Source of the DNA: Octopus sinensis
Lineage: Eukaryota
Assembly: GCF_006345805.1 (NCBI RefSeq)
Contig: NC_043023.1
Location: 8,990,001 to 9,054,000 of the forward strand
Length of the DNA stretch: 64,000 nucleotides
Direction: 5' to 3'
Position 1 is the first letter of the stretch; each line of letters starts with the position of its first letter. Shown one piece after another: positions 13,176 through 28,309 of the stretch. The translations under genes and the position numbers were made by a program. The notes beneath the pieces were generated by a model. It was given only the letters and a program-made list of their open reading frames with translations, ran no database searches and was not told the DNA's origin.

Positions 13176-14889
13176 TTTGTTTTCAAACTGAACATTTTAT
13201 AATTGAATACTAGGTATGTATTTAATAACAAGCAAACACACAGACATAGACCCCCACTCAAAAACATACATGGTAACTTAATATTATTTTGGAGAGATTT
13301 ATATAAAGTTTTAACTTTCATTATAGTGGAATCCATGGAAGACTGGTGGAATATTATTTATATGGACTTAATATTGGTTGCAATTAGCATTTAAATTAAT
13401 TACTGCAGTTTACTATTAATACCGATACAATATACGTTGGACTATATGTTCCTTTGTGTAGTTTTTATTAAGTATAATGTTTAATGCTGCTATATATTGA
13501 CTGATTGAAATATTGTACTTATTAATGTTTTATATTCATATCATACTACGGAAGACGGTAGAGATTATAATTTTTGTATGATTTAAAAGATTTCACGCTG
13601 CTTAGTTACGTATTCAGGAGTTGTAATTTACTTATTGAATTTATTTATTGATACGGTTATACGTAGGGTAAATGTGATTGAAATTTATGAGTTTCTTTGA
13701 TTTCTTTGTTCCCAACAACACTTATTTTAGTGCTGTTCACCACCGCCGGATTGAAGGGCAGTGACCAGGTTTCGAAACCATAATGGTAACCGTTGGTTGC
13801 TGATGATACAGGTATGTTGGATTGTTGCTATGGTTGTGGAATAGTATTATAACACACATCCTTTTAATATAGAGATGTGTGTGTGTGTTTGCGAGTTTGT
13901 GTGTCGGTAGATTAAATTTACGGGAAAATAAAGTCGAAAACAGGTGTTAGATTCAACGCTCGGGAATTGAGAAATTCTTTACATTCGAGCCTATGCTCCT
14001 CAACAGAAAGAGAAAGGAGAACATGAACAAAAAGTGATTAAAAATCTTGTCGATTTAGGGATCAAGCAGGGCTACTAGTTAGGAAAAGCATAGCTTGACG
14101 GTAGAGATAGAGCTTCGGAGAGATAATAAACAACTGGAGATCCCAAAGCAACAGTACTCGTGCGTTGTGTATGTAAGAATGAGTAAGTGTGTGTGTGTGT
14201 TGAGAGGGGCTAATGACTATGATGTGTGGATGTATTCGTGCGTAGCTGTGTGCGTCTGTAGTGTGTGGGTGTGCGGATGACTGTGTATGGGGTGTGTAGA
14301 TGATATTTTGTGGTCTTGGTGTTGGAAAGTGGTTAGTGCTAGTGCTAGCACAAGCACAGACCACAAATATATACAGATTTATGTATATATTTGTGTTCCC
14401 TCAAGATCACCCAATAACCAATGTGGTGTTACACACACTGTAAGTTGTGGTTCAGCAAAGGACACAGAGAGAGTAAGTGCTAGTCTTTCAAAAAATAAAT
14501 GCTGGGCTCGATTGGTTCGAATAAAGATCTAGCATGGCCATTGTGAAATTACTGAAAAAAGTACATGGGTAAACGTGTTACATACACACCACACCACACA
14601 CCCACACACACACACACCCCCACACTATATATATATATAATATCACACACACACAAATATACTTATACATATTGGTATATGTGTGTATGTGTTTACCTAT
14701 CTGTCTGGCGATTGATAGATATATCGATAAACTGAGACAGATAGATAGATGGATGGATAGATAGATAGATTGATGGATAGACAGATATATAGACAGATAA
14801 TAGACAGATAGATAGAATAGATAGATAGATAGATGTTACATACACACACACACACACACACACCACACACACACACACACACCACACAC

Positions 14890-14920
<31 letters not shown>

Positions 14921-15776
14921 AATATATACTTATACATATTGGTATATGGGGTATGTGTTTACTATTTTTTACTTGATGCGTATGGCGATTGATAAATATA
15001 CGATAAAATGATAGACAGATAGATAGATGGATGGATAGATAGATAGATGGATGGATAGACAGATATATAGACAGATAAATAGACAGATAGATAGAAAGAT
15101 AGATAGATAGATAGATAGATTCATGGATAGATATATAGAGTAGATTCATAGGATAGATTTGAGAGATAGATAGATGGATAGATAGATAGATAGATAGGTA
15201 GATACATGTCTCCAGTTCTAGTTTAGTCTTCTTTACCCTTTTAACTCATTTTATCAATAAACTGCTCGTCGTTAATGTATTCCTATTTCATCCTTCTCTT
15301 TTGTTATAGTTTGGGGTACGTGTATATCAGCGTCATCCTCCTCCTCATCATCATTCCAAATATCAAGAGCATCATCAGTAAATATTGTCATCAAATCATC
15401 ATCTGCGCCTCGTAGTGGTCGTCACCATTATCGTTACCATGATCATGTCGTTGATCACCAATCATCATCATCCTTATCAGTCATAATCTTAAACCACAAT
15501 GCAATGCCATCAGACCGAACAACCTTCATCAACTACCAAATCCGTCACCGTCAATGCCCTCATCATAATAATTATCGTTTCATCATCACTAAAACAATGC
15601 CATACATCTTCATCATTATCTTCATAATCTTCACTTATCATTTTCATAATCGTCTTCACCAAAATGTCTCACTTCTACTTATTTTTCTTCTATTTCAGCA
15701 GCTAATTCATTGGACAATAAATTTGAAATATATGACTAATCACTCTATGTTTTTTTCTTCATGAATTATCTTTCAG

Positions 15777-15848
15777 AGATCTATCCGATAATGCAATCGT
15801 GAAAATTGAAAATGGATCGTTTGCAAATCTTCCCAGCTTAGAATATTT
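15777..15848 (+). CDS. LRR exon A1 (72 nt): (L)DLSDNAIVKIENGSFANLPSLEY(L)
   Basis: tttcAG acceptor, GTAAGT donor, 72 nt, phase 2/2, open, matches the LxxLxLxxNxIxxIxxxxFxxLxx consensus. Confidence 0.92.
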
Positions 15849-15984
15849 GTAAGTTGAACCAGTATTGTTTATTATATATTCCTGAGTATATATTTCCTCA
15901 AATTTAATATCTTTCCATCTTTCTTTCTTAACCTTCTTTTGCCCTTCTCTAACTTTAATGTTTCGTCTTGGGCGGGAGATACTA

Positions 15985-17428
15985 AACAATTCTTTGATTG
16001 ATATCACGTTACTCGTTTTACTCGATAAATGAGCAAAACGACATTTATCAAAGGAAAAACGACAGAAACATCCGGCAGAATGTCATAAAGGAATTAGAAA
16101 CCAGCGGAGAGATACATGTACTTATCGGTATTTGAAGTGGACATGATCAAATATTCAGTGATGAGGGAAAGGATCCGAATGGATTATTATCGCAGGGTAA
16201 AAGCAATATTCAAGACAGAGCTGAATGCAAGAAACAGGATCGAAGTGATCAGTACCTATGCTGTACAAAGTCGTGGCTTACAGTTTCAATATCATTAACT
16301 GGTCAATTATTGAAATATGTAATCTTAACAGAAAAATACGAAAATTGTTGACAATGCATAGAATGCACCACCCTAAAGCAGATGTAGAACGATTTTACCT
16401 GCCAAGAAAAGAGGGTGGCCGTAACATTTACAATTGGAATTAACAATGGAATTAACGATTGACCGAAACACCTACCAAAACAACTCTCATGACTGGATGT
16501 TAAAACTTGTCTCAAAGCACGGAAACAAGAAAGTGTCATATAAAGTAACAAAACATGCAAAGGAATATAAAAGTGAATTCCAAATACAACAAATCCCAGA
16601 GATAGACGTGCTAGAAACAAGATAAAAAGAAGCTAAGCGAATGAAAGTACATGCAAAGAATCTGACTTAGATATTCTTACAGATAAATGACAAAGAAAAC
16701 ATCTCAATGGCAAATACCCAAAGAGAGCTAATAGTACCGATGTAGATAAAGCCATTACCCATCAATGGTTAGTGTTTTCTAGCTTAAAATCAGACACAGA
16801 CGGATTTAATATAGCAGCTGAAGATCAAGTTCTACCTACAAGAAACTACCATATTAAAGAACGGCAGTCACCCAGCATGTCTTGTATGTAAACAACAAAA
16901 TGAAACCATTGATCATGCTGTTTCCATGTGCAGTCTTCATGTGCATACAGAATATCTCAACAGGCATGATTGAGCAGCACATCATATTCACTGGTTAATT
17001 TGCAAAAACATAGACGTGCCACATGATGCAATCTGTGGGGACACGAACACACTCCAGCTCTTGAAGATGATCGCATTTTATCCTCTAGAACTTTGCCATT
17101 AAAAGTGACAGAAAGATAGATGCGAATAGACCAGGCATTATATAGAAAAACTACAGGAAAAAACCATGCCTCGTCATTTAAAACTGTCCCAATCGACATA
17201 AAAGTATCTGTCAAAACCTACAAAACTGAGCAAGTGTAAAGATCTTGAAATAGAAATTATCAAAATGTGGAAGTAAAACAATGCCTGTTGTCATAGTTGC
17301 CCGAGGAATTATAGCAAAAGGCCTGAATCATAACTATCTCAGATACTAGGAAACCCAAAATGGCAGCAACTCAAAAGGTAGCGCTAATGGGATCCGCCCA
17401 TATCCTACGTAAAATACTGTGTATTTAA
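15985..17428 (+). mobile_element. 5'-truncated R4/Dong-like (RLE-type) non-LTR retrotransposon relic, copy 1
   Basis: Frameshifted RT C-terminus (IKELE...YYRRVKAIFKTELNARNRI...HRMHHPKADVERFYLPRKEGGR), CCHC region (ETIDH...C...EYLNRHD) and a restriction-like endonuclease remnant (ANRP.II...KYKDLEIEI.KMW...AHILRKIL*). Confidence 0.85.
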
Positions 17429-20236
17429 TTTTAAGTTTTAAAACAAACTCATATTCTTTGAACATCATTATGGTCATCTCCTTCATGAAATTCCCAAACA
17501 CCGCATTTTTTTTCCTCATCTTCCTGCATTTAATTCCGTCGATATATTAAAACTGTTATGGCTAGTCTCTTCTATTATTGAATGTGCTGATATGATTTCT
17601 CGCGTCACACCGCATTCTTATGAGCCGCCACCACAAAAAACCTATTTCCATTTGAAGAAAAGACTGATGCAATGAATACCTTATATATAGGTCGTCTAGG
17701 CTGCAGCTTTGATACCATAAAATGATCCACGAATGAGATGTATATCATCGAATCAAAACAAAGCAATTCTCTTACAATACACTACATGCATCTCCCAGAG
17801 GCAGATATAAATAAACTGTACGTCCCACGTGAGGATGTAAGAGTGCGCAGAAGCTTCTGCCACTCTCGTAAAATAAGAGTAACCATAAGGTTAGATGACA
17901 AACAAAAGAAAAGCAAAGACTCTCTATTAGTATGAAAGTTAGAAGACATACACACCTTTCTTTTTCAGTATCTTTCTAAACATTTCTTGCCACTTGTCAC
18001 AGTGAGGTGTTGTGGTGCTACCCAAATCAGGTTTTTCATCACATACCTGTAAAGACAAGAAATTCTCCACCGCACTCCAATTCCGTGATGTATTGCCCTC
18101 GTACCGAAAGCCTCGCTAACGCGACATCTAATCACAGACAACCAAGATTTCTTTGAGGCTGCTTATGAAGTGCTTCAAATTTTATTTTTCACTCAGGACT
18201 ACGTTGCTCAGGCTTTTTCACAGGAAATCGTTTCCTTCTCTTCAATGAGGATATTGAAATGTCATGGACGGAGAACTGCCAAATGATCCATGGCGGATGC
18301 TCTATTTTTAACTCAAGGTCTTAAAATTACCGGGAGACATTACATGTCCACTGTAGATAGTCACCTTTCAGAATCCTTGTTGCTTTCACAATTAGATTAT
18401 ATGTCACTCCGGTTAAATTTAAACACCTTCCCCAGGTTTTTCACTGTCTTCTAGATGATGGATAATAAGTGACCGCTACTGACTGAGGAATACCTGCTTC
18501 TGAGGCCAACTTTGTTGACTGACGAAGCTGAAACTTATGTGACTCCCAGTCATAAACTACTGAAGTAATTTTAGGATCGTCCATGCCATTATGTCAGATG
18601 TTGTAAAGAAAGTTAGGTCAAAACTACGACTACAAGTACTCCATCTTCCTCGGTATGACTCAGCTTACAGATGCAGTTTAGTATTCCCCCACTTATCACT
18701 ACATTTACTTGGGTGGTGTGGATTTCTCTCTCACTCCACCCTCACCGTCATTTTAAATGGAATATTAAGGCTTCGATGAGAGTTTGATCGTATTATCTCT
18801 CTCTCTTCAACCGTTCTGTATTCGCCACCACACTACCTCTCTGATTATAGCCTGTTCGCCAGGTCTTCTTAGTTCCAGTTGATTTGAATGGTTCCAACAA
18901 GCAAAATTTGTTGTAGGTTACTGCGATCCAGCCTCTGGAAACAGGACCGAATCCGGCTTCCTTCAGTGCAGGCGCCAACAGTTGGCATTTGACTAACACA
19001 AAATTAGGATTTCATTGGAAACGCATTTGTTACTCATTCTGTCTGTGATGTACTGTGCAAGCAGGAACCTGTTGTGCTTAGATGATTTTGATATGGAATC
19101 TTCGGTATTTAGCCTAATTACAGGTCTCAAATTATTATCAAATACATTTTTTTCGAGTTCTTTCTCAACATTGCCGTGACCCCCACCTTTTATCAGGGCT
19201 AACAATCATCTCATTCTTCTTCCCTTTGTTGTAGACATCTGCCATTGCACTCACTGCTATTTATGGCAAATCATTTTAAACTGCGTAAGGCTGATCCTCA
19301 AGCTATGGCGACATCTAACCCGGCATCTCGAATACCGCAACAATTTTCCACCATTTGTAGAACTGCGTAGTTTCATTCGAGTGTTGCCGCAAGCCATCCA
19401 CGTAGACGGTTAAGAGCTTCATTGTCAATGGACCACTAACCCCAAAAACTGATGCACGTAGTGTTTCCTAAACGCCGCAAATATCTGCTTAGAATCGAAG
19501 AGAACGCATCTCACCTGATTCATCAACACCAAATTGTTTTCCGTGGCCACCTTGCACCTACGCTCATTCGCCCATATGTCGGACATTGTCATTAAAGCAT
19601 GCAAAACTGAAAACAATCCTCGTGTTTACCGTTGGAGAAGCGGACAAGAGTCAATCTCGTCGGTGGCAGCGCCACTTGCAGTGTATTTGGTAGCCCCTTT
19701 ATTCCCTCTAGAGTGTGTTTCTGTGTAGAAATATATATAAATATATATGTATATAATTCATATTGTGTGTGTGTGTGTATCTGTGTTCCTGAGCTTAAAT
19801 CTTTTTCCCTACCTCTTCATTTAGTCATATATAAATTCACATATATTTCTTCTTGTTCATATGGAAAAGTTATTACCTTCCTAATCCTAATTGATTCTTT
19901 ATAGCTCTTTTCACGGTTAAACAAGCAGAAATTGGAATTTATGCTGCAACATTCAAAATTTTAATCAAGTTCAATTTAAATTTCCATGGGACGTAGATTT
20001 CATGAATATCAATGTTAATATTAAGACTAACGAAATCATAATACTCTATCATTAGTTTAAACCAAGTGCATTTAAAGAACGGTTTAAATGCAACAAAATT
20101 TATAGTTGGAATTCCGTGTTATAAAGAGTTTTGCATTTCAACGGAGGAGAAAATATCTAAATTTATTTATAAATAAATAAAGAGGTAGCGATAAAATGAC
20201 TTAAGGTCAGCAAGAAAAATTGACACACAAGCATGA

Positions 20237-20273
20237 AATATATATATATATTATATATATATATAATATATAT

Positions 20274-20329
<56 letters not shown>

Positions 20330-20336
20330 AATTATA

Positions 20337-20372
<36 letters not shown>
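20237..20372. repeat. (TA)n microsatellite of the A cassette; variable length in the other copies (27469-27727, 35040-35173, 45708-45911)
   Basis: Direct reading; source of the IYIY ORFs. Confidence 0.9.
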
Positions 20373-20378
<6 letters not shown>

Positions 20379-20954
20379 CACAACTTATAAACAAGGGCAA
20401 AAGAAAAAGAATTCAATGTTAAATATGCCGAAATAGACTTAATCCTCAATAACCATATAATTTATCACTATAAGCACGCGTCTCGAAAGTAAGCTGATAG
20501 AAATTTCTTAAAAGATTTCGTTATTATCGGATCGATCCCCATTTCTGAGTTAATTCATTTAGAATTTTCTCGTCATCAGCGATAAATACGATAAGAAAAT
20601 AAATGAGATTCTTACTTGTGCCTATGAAAGAAGTAAACACTAAGTCATGAGCACACTTAAGTACCCCAAATATATCCAAAATAGAAATTCTGCATCATAC
20701 CCCGAGACACGTGTGAACGGACTGAAAATTCTGTTAGAGAATTCTCTTATCACTAATGAAGAGAAAATTCTAAATGAATTAACTCAGAAATGGGGATCGA
20801 TCCGATAATAACGAAATTTGTTTTCGAAAATTCTATCGGCTTGCTTTCGAGACGCGAGCTTATAGTGATAAATTATATGGTTATTGACGATTAAGTAATA
20901 TTTCGGCATATTTAGCATTGGATTCTTTTTCTTTTGTCCTTGTTTATAAGTTGT
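20379..20954. mobile_element. MITE / foldback element with ~190-bp terminal inverted repeats, copy 1
   Basis: 20379-20570 (caacttataaacaagg...ggatcgatccccatttctgagttaattcatttagaattttctc) is the near-perfect reverse complement of 20761-20954; no coding capacity. Confidence 0.85.
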
Positions 20955-22228
20955 TTGTAAATTTAACCTTTAAAGGCATTTTTTTAACGTGCTGGCCATT
21001 GATAACATTTTTCGAAAGTTTTATCCTATATTAGACGTAAATTTAATACTATTCACTTCCGGACTCTCTCACTCTATGAGAACTTTCGGTCCGATCACAC
21101 CTGTCTCGAGGTATGCTGTGGAAGTTGGTGTCTTATCCTCCGATATATCGACTGATTGCCCTATTGTGGTCATTAAGGTTTTACTTTCATATCATACTAC
21201 GGAAGACGGTAGAGATTATAATATTTGTATGATTGAAAAGAATTCACGCTGTTACTTATTGAATTATTTGTTGATACGGTTATACATAGGGTAAATGTGG
21301 TTGAAATTTGTGGTTTCTTTGATATCTTTGTTCCCAAACAACACTTATTTTAGTGTTGTTGACACCGCCGGATTAAAGGGTAGTGACCAGGTGTCGAAAC
21401 CATAATGGTAACCGTGGCGTAGCAGAGGATACAGGTATGTTGGTTTGTTGGCATGGTTGCGGAATAGTATTATAACACACATCCTTTTAATATATAGATT
21501 GTGTGTGTGTGTGTGTTTGTGTGTGTCTGTCTGTGTGTGTTTGCGTGTCGGTAGATTAAATTTACGGGAAACTAAAAGTCGAAAACAGGTGTTAGATTCA
21601 ACGCTCGGGAAAAAGAGAAATTCTTTTACTTTCGAGCCTATGCTCCTCAACAGAAAGAGAAAGGAGAACATGAACAAAAAGTGATTAAGAATCTTGTCGA
21701 TTTAGGGATCAAGCATGGCAACTGGTTAGGAAAAACATAGCTTGACGGGAGAGATAGAGAGTCCGGGAGATAATAAACAACTGGAGATCCCAAAGCAATG
21801 GTGTGCGTGCGGTTGTGTATGTAAGAATGTGTAAGTATGTGTGTGTGTGTTGAGAGGGGCTAATGACTATGGTGTGTGTGGATGTATGCGTGCGTAGCTG
21901 TGTGCGTCTGTAGTGTGTGGGTGTGCGGACGATTGTGTATGGGTGTGTAGATGATGTTTTGTGGTCTGGGTGTTGGAAAGTGGTTAGTGCTAGTACAAGC
22001 ACAGACACACGAATATAGACAGATTTATGTATATATTTGTGTTCCCTCAAGATCACCTAATAACCAATGTTGGTGTTACACACCCTGTAACTTAGTGTTT
22101 CGGCAAAAGATACCGAGAGAATAAGTGCTAGTCTTTCAACAAATAAATGCTGATCTCGATTCGTTCGAATTAAGGCTCTAGCGTGGACATTGTCAAATTA
22201 CTGAAAGAAGTACGTGTATGAACGTGTT

Positions 22229-22267
<39 letters not shown>

Positions 22268-23025
22268 GATATATAGACACAAACAAATATATACATATAT
22301 ATATATATATATATTGGTGTATGTGTGTATGTGTTTACGTATCTGTCTGGCGATTGATAGATATATTGATAAAGTGAAAGATAGATAGGTAGGTACATAG
22401 ATAGATAGATTGAGAGATAGATAGATGGATAGATAGATAGATAGGTAGATACATGTCTCCAGTTCTAGTTTAGTCTTCTTTGCCCTTTTTATCTCATTTA
22501 TCAATAACTGCTCGTCGTTAATTTTATTCCTATTCTCATCCTTCTCTTTTGTTATAGTTTCAACTTTGTATATCAGCGTCATCCTCCTCCTCATCATCAT
22601 TCCAAATATGAAGAGCATCATCAGTAAATATTGTCATCATAATCATAGTCTGCGTCCTCGTAGTCGTCGTCACCATTATCGTCATCATGATCATCGTCAT
22701 GATCACCATCATCATCATCCTTATCAGTCATAATCTTAAACCACAGATGCAATGCCATCAGACCGAAACAACCTCATCACTACCAAATCCGTCACCGTCA
22801 ATGCCCTCATCATAATAATTACCGCTTTCATCATCACTTAACACAATGCCATACATCTTCATTATTATCTTCATAATCTTCACTTATCATTTTCATAATC
22901 GTCTTCACCAAATTGTCTCACTTCTACTTATTTTTCTTCTATTTCAGCAGCGAATTCATTGGACATAATATTTGAAATATATGACTAATCACTTCTATGT
23001 TTTTTCTTCATGAATTATCTTTCAG

Positions 23026-23097
23026 AGATCTATCCGATAATGCAATCGTGAAAATTGAAAATGGATCGTTTGCAAATCTTCCCAGCTTAAAATATTT
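23026..23097 (+). CDS. LRR exon A2 (72 nt): (L)DLSDNAIVKIENGSFANLPSLKY(L)
   Basis: tttcAG / GTAAGT, 72 nt, phase 2/2; one substitution versus A1 (GAA>AAA, E>K). Confidence 0.92.
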
Positions 23098-23234
23098 GTA
23101 AGTTGAACCAGTCTTGTTTATACTATATTCCTGAGTATATATTTCCTCAAATTTAATATCTTTCCATCTTTCTTTCTTAACCTTCTTTTGCCCTTCTCTA
23201 ACTTTAATGTTTCGTCTTGGGCGGGAGATACTAA

Positions 23235-24663
23235 ACAATTCTTTGATGATATCACGTTATCGTTTTACCTCGATAAATGAGCAAAAGCGACATTTATCAA
23301 AGGAAAAAACGACAGAAACATCCGGCAGAATGTCATAAAGGAATTAGAACCAGCGGAGAGATACATGTACTTATCGGTATTTGAAGTGGACATGATCAAA
23401 TATTCAGTGATGAGGGAAAGGATCCGAATGGATTATTATCGCAGGGTAAAAGCAATATTCAAGACAGAGCTGAATGCAAGAAACAGGATCGAAGTGATCA
23501 GTACCTATGCTGTACAAGTCGTGGCTTACAGTTTCAATATCATTAACTGGTCAATTATTGAAATATGTAATCTTAACAGAAAAATACGAAAATTGTTGAC
23601 AATGCATAGAATGCACCACCCTAAAGCAGATGTAGAACGATTTTACCTGCCAAGAAAAGAGGGTGGCCGTAACATTTACAATTGGAATTAACAATGGAAT
23701 TAACGATTGACCGAAACACCTACCAAAACAACTCTCATGACTGGATGTTAAAACTTGTCTCAAAGCACGGAAACAAGAAAGTGTCATATAAAGTAACAAA
23801 ACATGCAAAGGAATATAAAAGTGAATTCCAAATACAACAAATCCCAGAGATAGACGTGCTAGAAACAAGATAAAAAGAAGCTAAGCGAATGAAAGTACAT
23901 GCAAAGAATCTGACTTAGATATTCTTACAGATAAATGACAAAGAAAACATCTCAATGGCAAATACCCAAAGTGAGCTAATAGTACCGATGTAGATAAAGC
24001 CATTACCCATCAATGGTTAGTGTTTTCTAGCTTAAAATCAGACACAGACGGATTTAATATAGCAGCTGAAGATCAAGTTCTACCTACAAGAAACTACCAT
24101 ATTAAAGAACGGCAGTCACCCAGCATGTCTTGTATGTAAACAACAAAATGAAACCATTGATCATGCTGTTTCCATGTGCATACAGAATATCTCAACAGGC
24201 ATGATTGAGTAGCACATCATATTCACTGGTTAATTTGCAAAAACATAGACGTGCCACATGATACAATCTGTGGGGACACGAACACACTCCAGCTCTTGAA
24301 GATGATCGCATTTTATCCTCTAGAACTTTGCCATTAAAAGTGACAGAAAGATAGATGCGAATAGACCAGGCATTATATAGAAAAACTACAGGAAAAAACC
24401 ATGCCTCGTCATTTAAAACTGTCCCAATCGACATAAAAGTATCTGTCAAAACCTACAAAACTGAGCAAGTGTAAAGATCTTGAAATAGAAATTATCAAAA
24501 TGTGGAAGTAAAACAATGCCTGTTGTCATAGTTGCCCGAGGAATTATAGCAAAAGGCCTGAATCATAACTATCTCAGATACTAGGAAACCCAAAATGGCA
24601 GCAACTCAAAAGGTAGCGCTAATGGGATCCGCCCATATCCTACGTAAAATACTGTGTATTTAA
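23235..24663 (+). mobile_element. R4/Dong-like relic, copy 2 (co-duplicated with the cassette)
   Basis: Same disabling lesions as copy 1. Confidence 0.85.
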
Positions 24664-27465
24664 TTTTAAGTTTTAAAACAAACTCATATTCTTTGAACAT
24701 CATTATGGTCATCTCCTTCATGAAATTCCCAAACACCGCATTTTTTTCCCTCATCTTCCTGCATTTAATTCCGTCGATATATTAAAACTGTTATGGCTAG
24801 TCTCTTCTATTATTGAATGTGCTGATATGATTTCTCGCGTCACACCGCATTCTTATGAGCCGCCACCACAAAAATCTATTTCCATTTGAAGAAAAGACTG
24901 ATGCAATGAATACCTTATATATAGGTCGTCTAGGCTGCAGCTTTGATACCATAAAATGATCCACGAATGAGATGTATATCATCGAATCAAAACAAAGCAA
25001 TTCTCTCACAATACACTACATGCATCTCCCAGAGGCAGATATAAATAAACTGTACGTCCCACGTGAGGATGTAAGAGTGCGCAGAAGCTTCTGTCACTCT
25101 CGTAAAATAAGAGTAACCATAAGGTTAGATGACAAACAAAAGAAAAGCAAAGACGCTCTATTAGTATGAAAGTTGGAAGACATACACACCTTTCTTTTTC
25201 AGTATCTTTCTAAACATTTCTTGCCACTTGTCACAGTGAGGTGTTGTGGTGCTACCCAAATCAGGTTTTTCATCACATACCTGTAAAGACAAGAAATTCT
25301 CCACCGCACTCCAATTCCGTGATGTATTGCCCTCGTACCGAAAGCCTCGCTAACGCGACATCTAATCACAGACAACCAAGATTTCTCTGAGGCTGCTTAT
25401 GAAGTGCTTCAAATTTTATTTTTCACTCAGGACTACGTTGCTCAGGCTTTTTCACAGGAAATCGCTTACTTCTCTTCAATGAGGATATTGAAATGTCATG
25501 GACGGAGAACTGCGAAATGATCCATGGCGGATGCTCTATTTTTAACTCAAGGTCTTAAAATTACCGGGAGACATTACATGTCCACTGTAGATAGTCACCT
25601 TTCAGAATCCTTGTTGCTTTCACAATTAGATTATATGTCACTCCGGTTAAATTTAAACACCTTCCCCAGGTTTTTCACTGTCTTCTAGATGATGGATAAT
25701 AAGTGACCGCTACTGACTGAGGAATACCTGCTTCTGAGGCCAACTTTGTTGACTGACGAAGCTGAAACTTATGTGACTCCCAGTCATAAACTACTGAAGT
25801 AATTTTAGGATCGTCCATGCCATTATGTCAGATGTTGTAAAGAAAGTTAGGTCAAAACTACGACTACAAGTACTCCATCTTCCTCGGTATGACTCAGCTT
25901 ACAGATGCAGTTTAGTATTCCCCCACTTATCACTACATTTACTTGGGTGGTGTGGATTTCTCTCTCACTCCACCCTCACCGTCATTTTAAATGGAATATT
26001 AAGGCTTCGATGAGAGTTTGATCGTATTATCTCTCTCTCTTCAACCGTTCTGTATTCGCCACCACACTACCTCTCTGATTATAGCCTGTTCGCCAGGTCT
26101 TCTTAGTTCCAGTTGATTTGAATGGTTCCAACAAGCAAAATTTGTTGTAGGTTACTGCGATCCAGCCTCTGGAAACAGGACCGAATCCGGCTTCCTTCAG
26201 TGCAGGCGCCAACAGTTGGCATTTGACTAACACAAAATTAGGATTTCATTGGAAACGCATTTGTTACTCATTCTGTCTGTGATGTACTGTGCAAGCAGGA
26301 ACCTGTTGTGCTTAGATGATTTTGATATGGAATCTTCGGTATTTAGCCTAATTACAGGTCTCAAATTATTATCAAATACATTTTTTTCGAGTTCTTTCTC
26401 AACATTGCCGTGACCCCCACCTTTTATCAGGGCTAACAATCATCTCATTCTTCTTCCCTTTGTTGTAGACATCTGCCATTGCACTCACTGCTATTTATGG
26501 CAAATCATTTTAAACTGCGTAAGGCTGATCCTCAAGCTATGGCGACATCTAAACCGGCATCTCGAATACCGCAACAATTTTCCACCATTTGTAGAACTGC
26601 GTAGTTTCATTCGAGTGTTGCCGCAAGCCATCCACGTAGACGGTTAAGAGCTTCATTGTCAATGGACCACTAACCCCAAAAAACTGATGCACGTAGTGTT
26701 TCCTAAACGCCGCAAATATCTGCTTAGAATCGAAGAGAACGCATCTCACCTGATTCATCAACACCAAATTGTTTTCCGTGGCCACCTTGCACCTACGCTC
26801 ATTCGCCCATATGTCGGACATTGTCATTAAAGCATGCAAAACTGAAAACAATCCTCGTGTTTACCGTTGGAGAAGCGGACAAGAGTCAATCTCGTCGGTG
26901 GCAGCGCCACTTGCAGTGTATTGGGTAGCCCCTTTATTCCTTCTAGAGTGTGTTTCTGTGTAGAAATATATATAAATTTATATGTATATAATTCATATTT
27001 GTGTGTGTATCTGTGTTCCTGAGCTTAAGTCTTTTTCCCTACCTCTTCATTTAGTCATATATAAATTCACATATATTTCTTCTTGTTCATATGGAAAAGT
27101 TATTACCTTCCTAATCCTAATTGATTCTTTATAGCTCTTTTCACGGTTAAACAAACAGAAATTGGAATTTATGCTGCAACATTCAAAATTTTCATCAAGT
27201 TCAATTTAAATTTCCATGGGACGTAGATTTCATGAATATCAATGTTAATATTAAGACTAACGAAATCATAATACTCAATCATTAGTTTAACCAAGTGCAT
27301 TTAAAGAACGGTTTAAATGCAACAAAATTTATAGTTGGAATTCCGTGTTATAAAGAGATTTGCATTTCAACGGAGGGGAAAATATCTAAATTTATTTATA
27401 AATAAATAAAGAGGTAGCGATAAAATGACTTAAGGTCAGCAAGAAAAAGTTTAAACACAAAAGTG

Positions 27466-27506
<41 letters not shown>

Positions 27507-27508
27507 TA

Positions 27509-27684
<176 letters not shown>

Positions 27685-27691
27685 AATTATA

Positions 27692-27733
<42 letters not shown>

Positions 27734-28309
27734 CACAACTTATAAACAAGGGCAAAAGAAAAAGAATTCAATGTTAAATATGCCGAAATAGACTTAATCC
27801 TCAATAACCATATAATTTATCACTATAAGCACGCGTCTCGAAAGTAAGCTGATAGAAATTTCTTAAAAGATTTCGTTATTATCGGATCGATCCCCATTTC
27901 TGAGTTAATTCATTTAGAATTTTCTCGTCATCAGCGATAAATACGATAAGAAAATAAATGAGATTCTTACTTGTGCCTATGAAAGAAGTAAACACTAAGT
28001 CATGAGCACACTTAAGTACCCCAAATATATCCAAAATAGAAATTCTGCATCATACCCCGAGACACGTGTGAACGGACTGAAAATTCTGTTAGAGAATTCT
28101 CTTATCACTAATGAAGAGAAAATTCTAAATGAATTAACTCAGAAATGGGGATCGATCCGATAATAACGAAATTTGTTTTCGAAAATTCTATCGGCTTGCT
28201 TTCGAGACGCGAGCTTATAGTGATAAATCATATGGTTATTGACGATTAAGTAATATTTCGGCATATTTAGCATTGGATTCTTTTTCTTTTGTCCTTGTTT
28301 ATAAGTTGT
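27734..28309. mobile_element. MITE with ~190-bp TIRs, copy 2
   Basis: Near-identical to 20379-20954. Confidence 0.85.

Noticed and set aside
16116-19904. Short ORFs recurring almost identically four or five times (MYLSVFEV…, MSDVVKK…, MLVKCQ…, MLALIK…)
   Set aside because: Their conservation reflects recent segmental duplication of intron DNA; they are fragments of frameshifted transposon relics, not conserved genes.
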